A stretch of DNA of 64,000 nt from Azolla caroliniana (taxonomy: Eukaryota; Plantae; Polypodiophyta). Positions within the stretch are counted from its first letter, which is position 1. Each line of letters opens with the position of its first letter. This document shows, one piece after another, positions 60,909-64,000 of this stretch. The translations under genes were made by a program, and so were the position numbers. The notes below the pieces were generated by a model. It had not been told where the DNA came from. It did no database searches and was given only the letters and a program-made list of their open reading frames with translations. Where the stretch lies: contig JBHGNT010000022.1 in NCBI GenBank assembly GCA_043228905.1, positions 3,968,001 to 4,032,000 on the forward strand, read 5' to 3'.

Positions 60909-63446
60909 AGACCCCGCTCGGTGCGACGAGCCCGTGAGCTCCCCAACGGTGGCTTGATAGTAGACTGTTGTTGTGACCTAGCCTACCTCAGTCCGGCTCG
61001 GAGCCGGAGATGTAACTCACTCTTGTAATATATATATATATATATATGTTTGGTTGTGCACATCCGCGTCTTTGGTGGTGTCGGGAGTTTCTCCCCCTTT
61101 TGTTTCTGTACATAAGAGTCGGCGTTGTGCGCAAGATCTCTCCCTCACTCTCTCTCTCGTGTTTGGTTGCCATCCGGGCCATGTCCGGTGTCAGTTTTCT
61201 TGGCATCCCTCTTCTCCCTCGTCCGAGACCCCCGTGGTCCCGCCCCTTCTACACGCACGCGCGTAGCAACGCGACATATTTGGTGAACCCGACATGAAGG
61301 GCAGCAAGGGAGAATGGAGATGGAATAAGACTTTGACTTCGAGGAGATGATGGCAAAGATCGTGATGGAAGCCGGATGGAAGATGGCGAAGCGAGATGCG
61401 GCTCAACAAGCCACCGAAAGGGTGGTCGATCGAATCGGCTGGTTCAATGGGAATGAGGTCCCAAATTTTCTGAGAGCTTACAACGCCGAGATGACGGAGG
61501 GGGATGTGGACGAAGCGACAAGGCTAGATTTTTTTTGTCGAGTGACAGCCGTATCAAGGTACAAAGAGGTCAAGGAGCTTTGAGAAGCTCACGAATCATG
61601 GGAGTCCTTTGAGGGAGCTCTATTTGAGGCGTACAGGTACGCGGAACCGGAAGGAAAAGGTCGACATGAGTTCGATCAGTGGGTGGCGTCGGTGAGGCAT
61701 CATCAGAACGCAAAGGAGGCATTCCGAGAGTTCGAGCGTCATTTCTCTCAACTCTCAGAGTGGGAACGGAGATCGGTGGGGGCAGACAAAGTCCTCCTAT
61801 TTTTGAAGACGGTCCATCATGAGGAGAGGATGGACATCTTATTCAAGCTTCAAGATGATTATGGAACACATGGTCTCACTGAGGAGTGGTCCAAAGTGGA
61901 ATGGGTATGCCGGCAACATGATGTGAGGCGGTCGGCCACAACACAGCCCGCGAGCGGCAGAGAAGAGAGAACGGCGAGTGACTACACACTACCGCCGGAA
62001 GAGAGCTCAACACAAAATGGTTCGGAGGAGCTCGACCTAGAAGCGCTAATATGGGAGGCATGCGAGCTTGTGAAGGCAAAAATCGAAGCCAAAGAAGGGC
62101 TTATTATGGAGTCGGGTCGGAGGCAATCGGAGGATGCGGAGGAAGAAGCCTCCCTAAATGTAGAAGACGGGGGCCAGGAGAGCGTACGACGGCGACATGG
62201 GAGAGGGTGCGGAACAAGCGACCCTCTTGCCTTGCGATGAAGGGACGGCCATGGAGGCCGGTAACTACGGATTCGAGACATGGCGGCCGGAAACATCGAG
62301 TGGGGAAGAGAGAAGCGGTGGTGCTAAGACCTTACACACACCGGCCCTAGAGGCTCTGGCGGTCGGCCCGAGTGCCGGCATGAGACCTAGAGTGACGAGC
62401 GGTGGAGGCGGCAAGGCGGGCAACCGAGACGATGACATGGAAGAGACGGCGACAAGCGTAATCGAGGCTTGCGCGATCGGAGGCAGGGTAGCCGCGGACA
62501 ACGACATCTAGATGGAGGCGGCTACGGACACAACGAGCGGCGGTGCTGGGTCCTTACCCACACCGGTCCTAGAGGCTACGGAGGCCGGCCCGAGTGCCGG
62601 TGTGAGTCCTAGAGCGACGGGCGATAGCGGCGGCAAGGCGGGAAACCAAGACGACGACGAGGATTGTAGCGGACGGAGGCAAGACCCCTCGACACCGGGG
62701 CCAGAGACTACGGCGGTTGCGCTCAAATGCCAACATAAGACCGGAGAGAAGGGCAGTAGCCGTGAGGAGGCGTGGCCCGGAGCGAACACATACGAAGATG
62801 AGGATGCAGATGCCGGAACGGGCATATACAAGAGGACCGATGGAGAGGTCAGGAGTGGCAAAGAGGAGAGAGTCGGGGACCGACCCGACCGGAAGAAGAG
62901 TGAAGCGGGGGTCGGTCAACCGGGCCCAAACCGAAAGAAGCCGGCAAGACCGGGATTGTTTGATCGACTCCTTACCGGCCGGTTACGGTTACGATGGGAG
63001 CCGGTGAGAGCGAGAAGGAGGCTAACCGGGCACGACGAGTACGGATCGGTGAGAGGCCGAGAGCAAGAGGGACCCTCCCCGCCTATTCTAGAGACTTTGG
63101 CAGTTGCGGATCAACATAAGACCGGAGAGATGGCGAGTGGTGGCGAGGAGTCGGAAGCCGGAGCTGACGAGGATACCGGAACGGGTATCCGATATGGAGT
63201 GACAAACGAGCGGGGCCAAGACGATAAGCCGGGGTCGGAAGGGGCTACGGCAACAAAGGGAAAAGAGGCCAACGCAGAGGTCGGCACTACGGTTGAAGAA
63301 GCATGTAACACGAAACATGCATTACAGCTTAAAACGGAGCATGCACTACGGCCAACAAAGGGCCAAGAAGCAAGCATGCACCCGGAAGAGCGGCAACGAG
63401 TGACCGGCAACGACAAACCGGTTGAGCCTTTGAGAGCCAAGCACGT

Positions 63447-64000
63447 TGTCGTGAAGAAAACCGTCCCTAGGCGGAAACCGAGTGTAGCGTGTGTAAACCG
63501 GCCCTTACACCCGAGCACACTTTTCGTTGTATGGTAAGTAGGTAGGTACAAGTCAGCTAAAGTGAAATCCTAGGTAGCACGCATTCAATAGGGAGAGAAT
63601 CGAGGTGTATCTCTGTCCGAAAGGACAGAGAATTAATATGATGTAACGGATGATAACGGTCTCCCTCCTTGGGCTATAAAAGAGAGGGAGAGGAATGGAA
63701 AAGGTATCGCGCGTTAGAGAGGAGGAAGTGATGCCAGACTGAGACCGAGCTCTTCTCCTCTACCACTCTCCATAGCCATTTTGCGCAGGTTTTCGGGAGG
63801 CTGACTCTGCTCCGTGGAACGCCTGTGTGCTTCCAGCAGAGTCTCCATCTCGCCCTTCTATCTGCGTGTGAGTGAGCAGGCGTCGGTGTTCGCCTCGCCA
63901 GCCTGTTAGTTGTAACCGTCTTGATATATATATATATCTATATACATACGCATTGAGGTACTCGGACTTCTATACGTCTCGTTCTGCTGTGTTGTTGGAC
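63447..64000 (+). mobile_element. Start of an LTR related to but distinct from F's LTR; probably a further nested insertion
   Basis: Begins TGTCGTGAAG and shares CTCCTTGGGCTATAAAAG with F's LTR, but is otherwise diverged. No PPT upstream. Confidence 0.6.

Larger units (their letters stand above)
54079..63446 (+). mobile_element. Element F: Trp-PBS gypsy (C lineage) with a split 5' LTR, a degenerate gag and a low-complexity extension
   Basis: LTR pieces 54079-54245, 59907-60177 and 60914-61276 (TGTCGTG...CGCGACA). PBS TGGTGAACCCGACATGAA at 61281-61298. The gag ERVVDRIGWFNGNEVPNFLRAYNAEM is homologous to C gag. Confidence 0.8.

Overview
This window is a eukaryotic transposon nest, most likely from a non-seed land plant (fern, lycophyte or moss; inferred from the element families). 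I found no ordinary host gene. Nest 1: an L1-type LINE (RT fragment ~11300-11679, resuming at 50619) is split by a minus-strand chromovirus, element A (11680-50615). A contains four kinds of insert: gypsy element B (12979-22845), gypsy element C with a tRNA-Trp PBS (23569-35811, itself carrying chromovirus D at 24161-29768), a 10.26-kb Sola2-type DNA transposon (35845-46106) and two solo LTRs. Nest 2: a copia element (51109-54078) is split by the Trp-PBS gypsy F, whose 5' LTR carries chromovirus E (54246-59901, LTRs identical by eye) and a copia solo LTR. The left end has a gypsy pol relic, a copia/gypsy gag chimera, an L1 C-terminal fragment and an RTEX-like LINE. Main highlights: (1) the Sola2 element carries a spliced accessory gene (unknown domain, coiled coil, RING-H2-like finger, FCP1/NIF-like pseudo-phosphatase), with TAGCTAATTAGCTA palindrome arrays filling introns and both subtermini, reminiscent of VANDAL/VANC anti-silencing; (2) element B has tRNA-Arg primer-binding sites on opposite strands at both LTR junctions and no polypurine tract; (3) antisense tRNA-type A/B-box modules sit in the U3 of LTRs from two different gypsy lineages; (4) Tf1-like self-priming with covariation, and two -1 frameshift signals. 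All family assignments come from motif recognition by eye, not from database searches.
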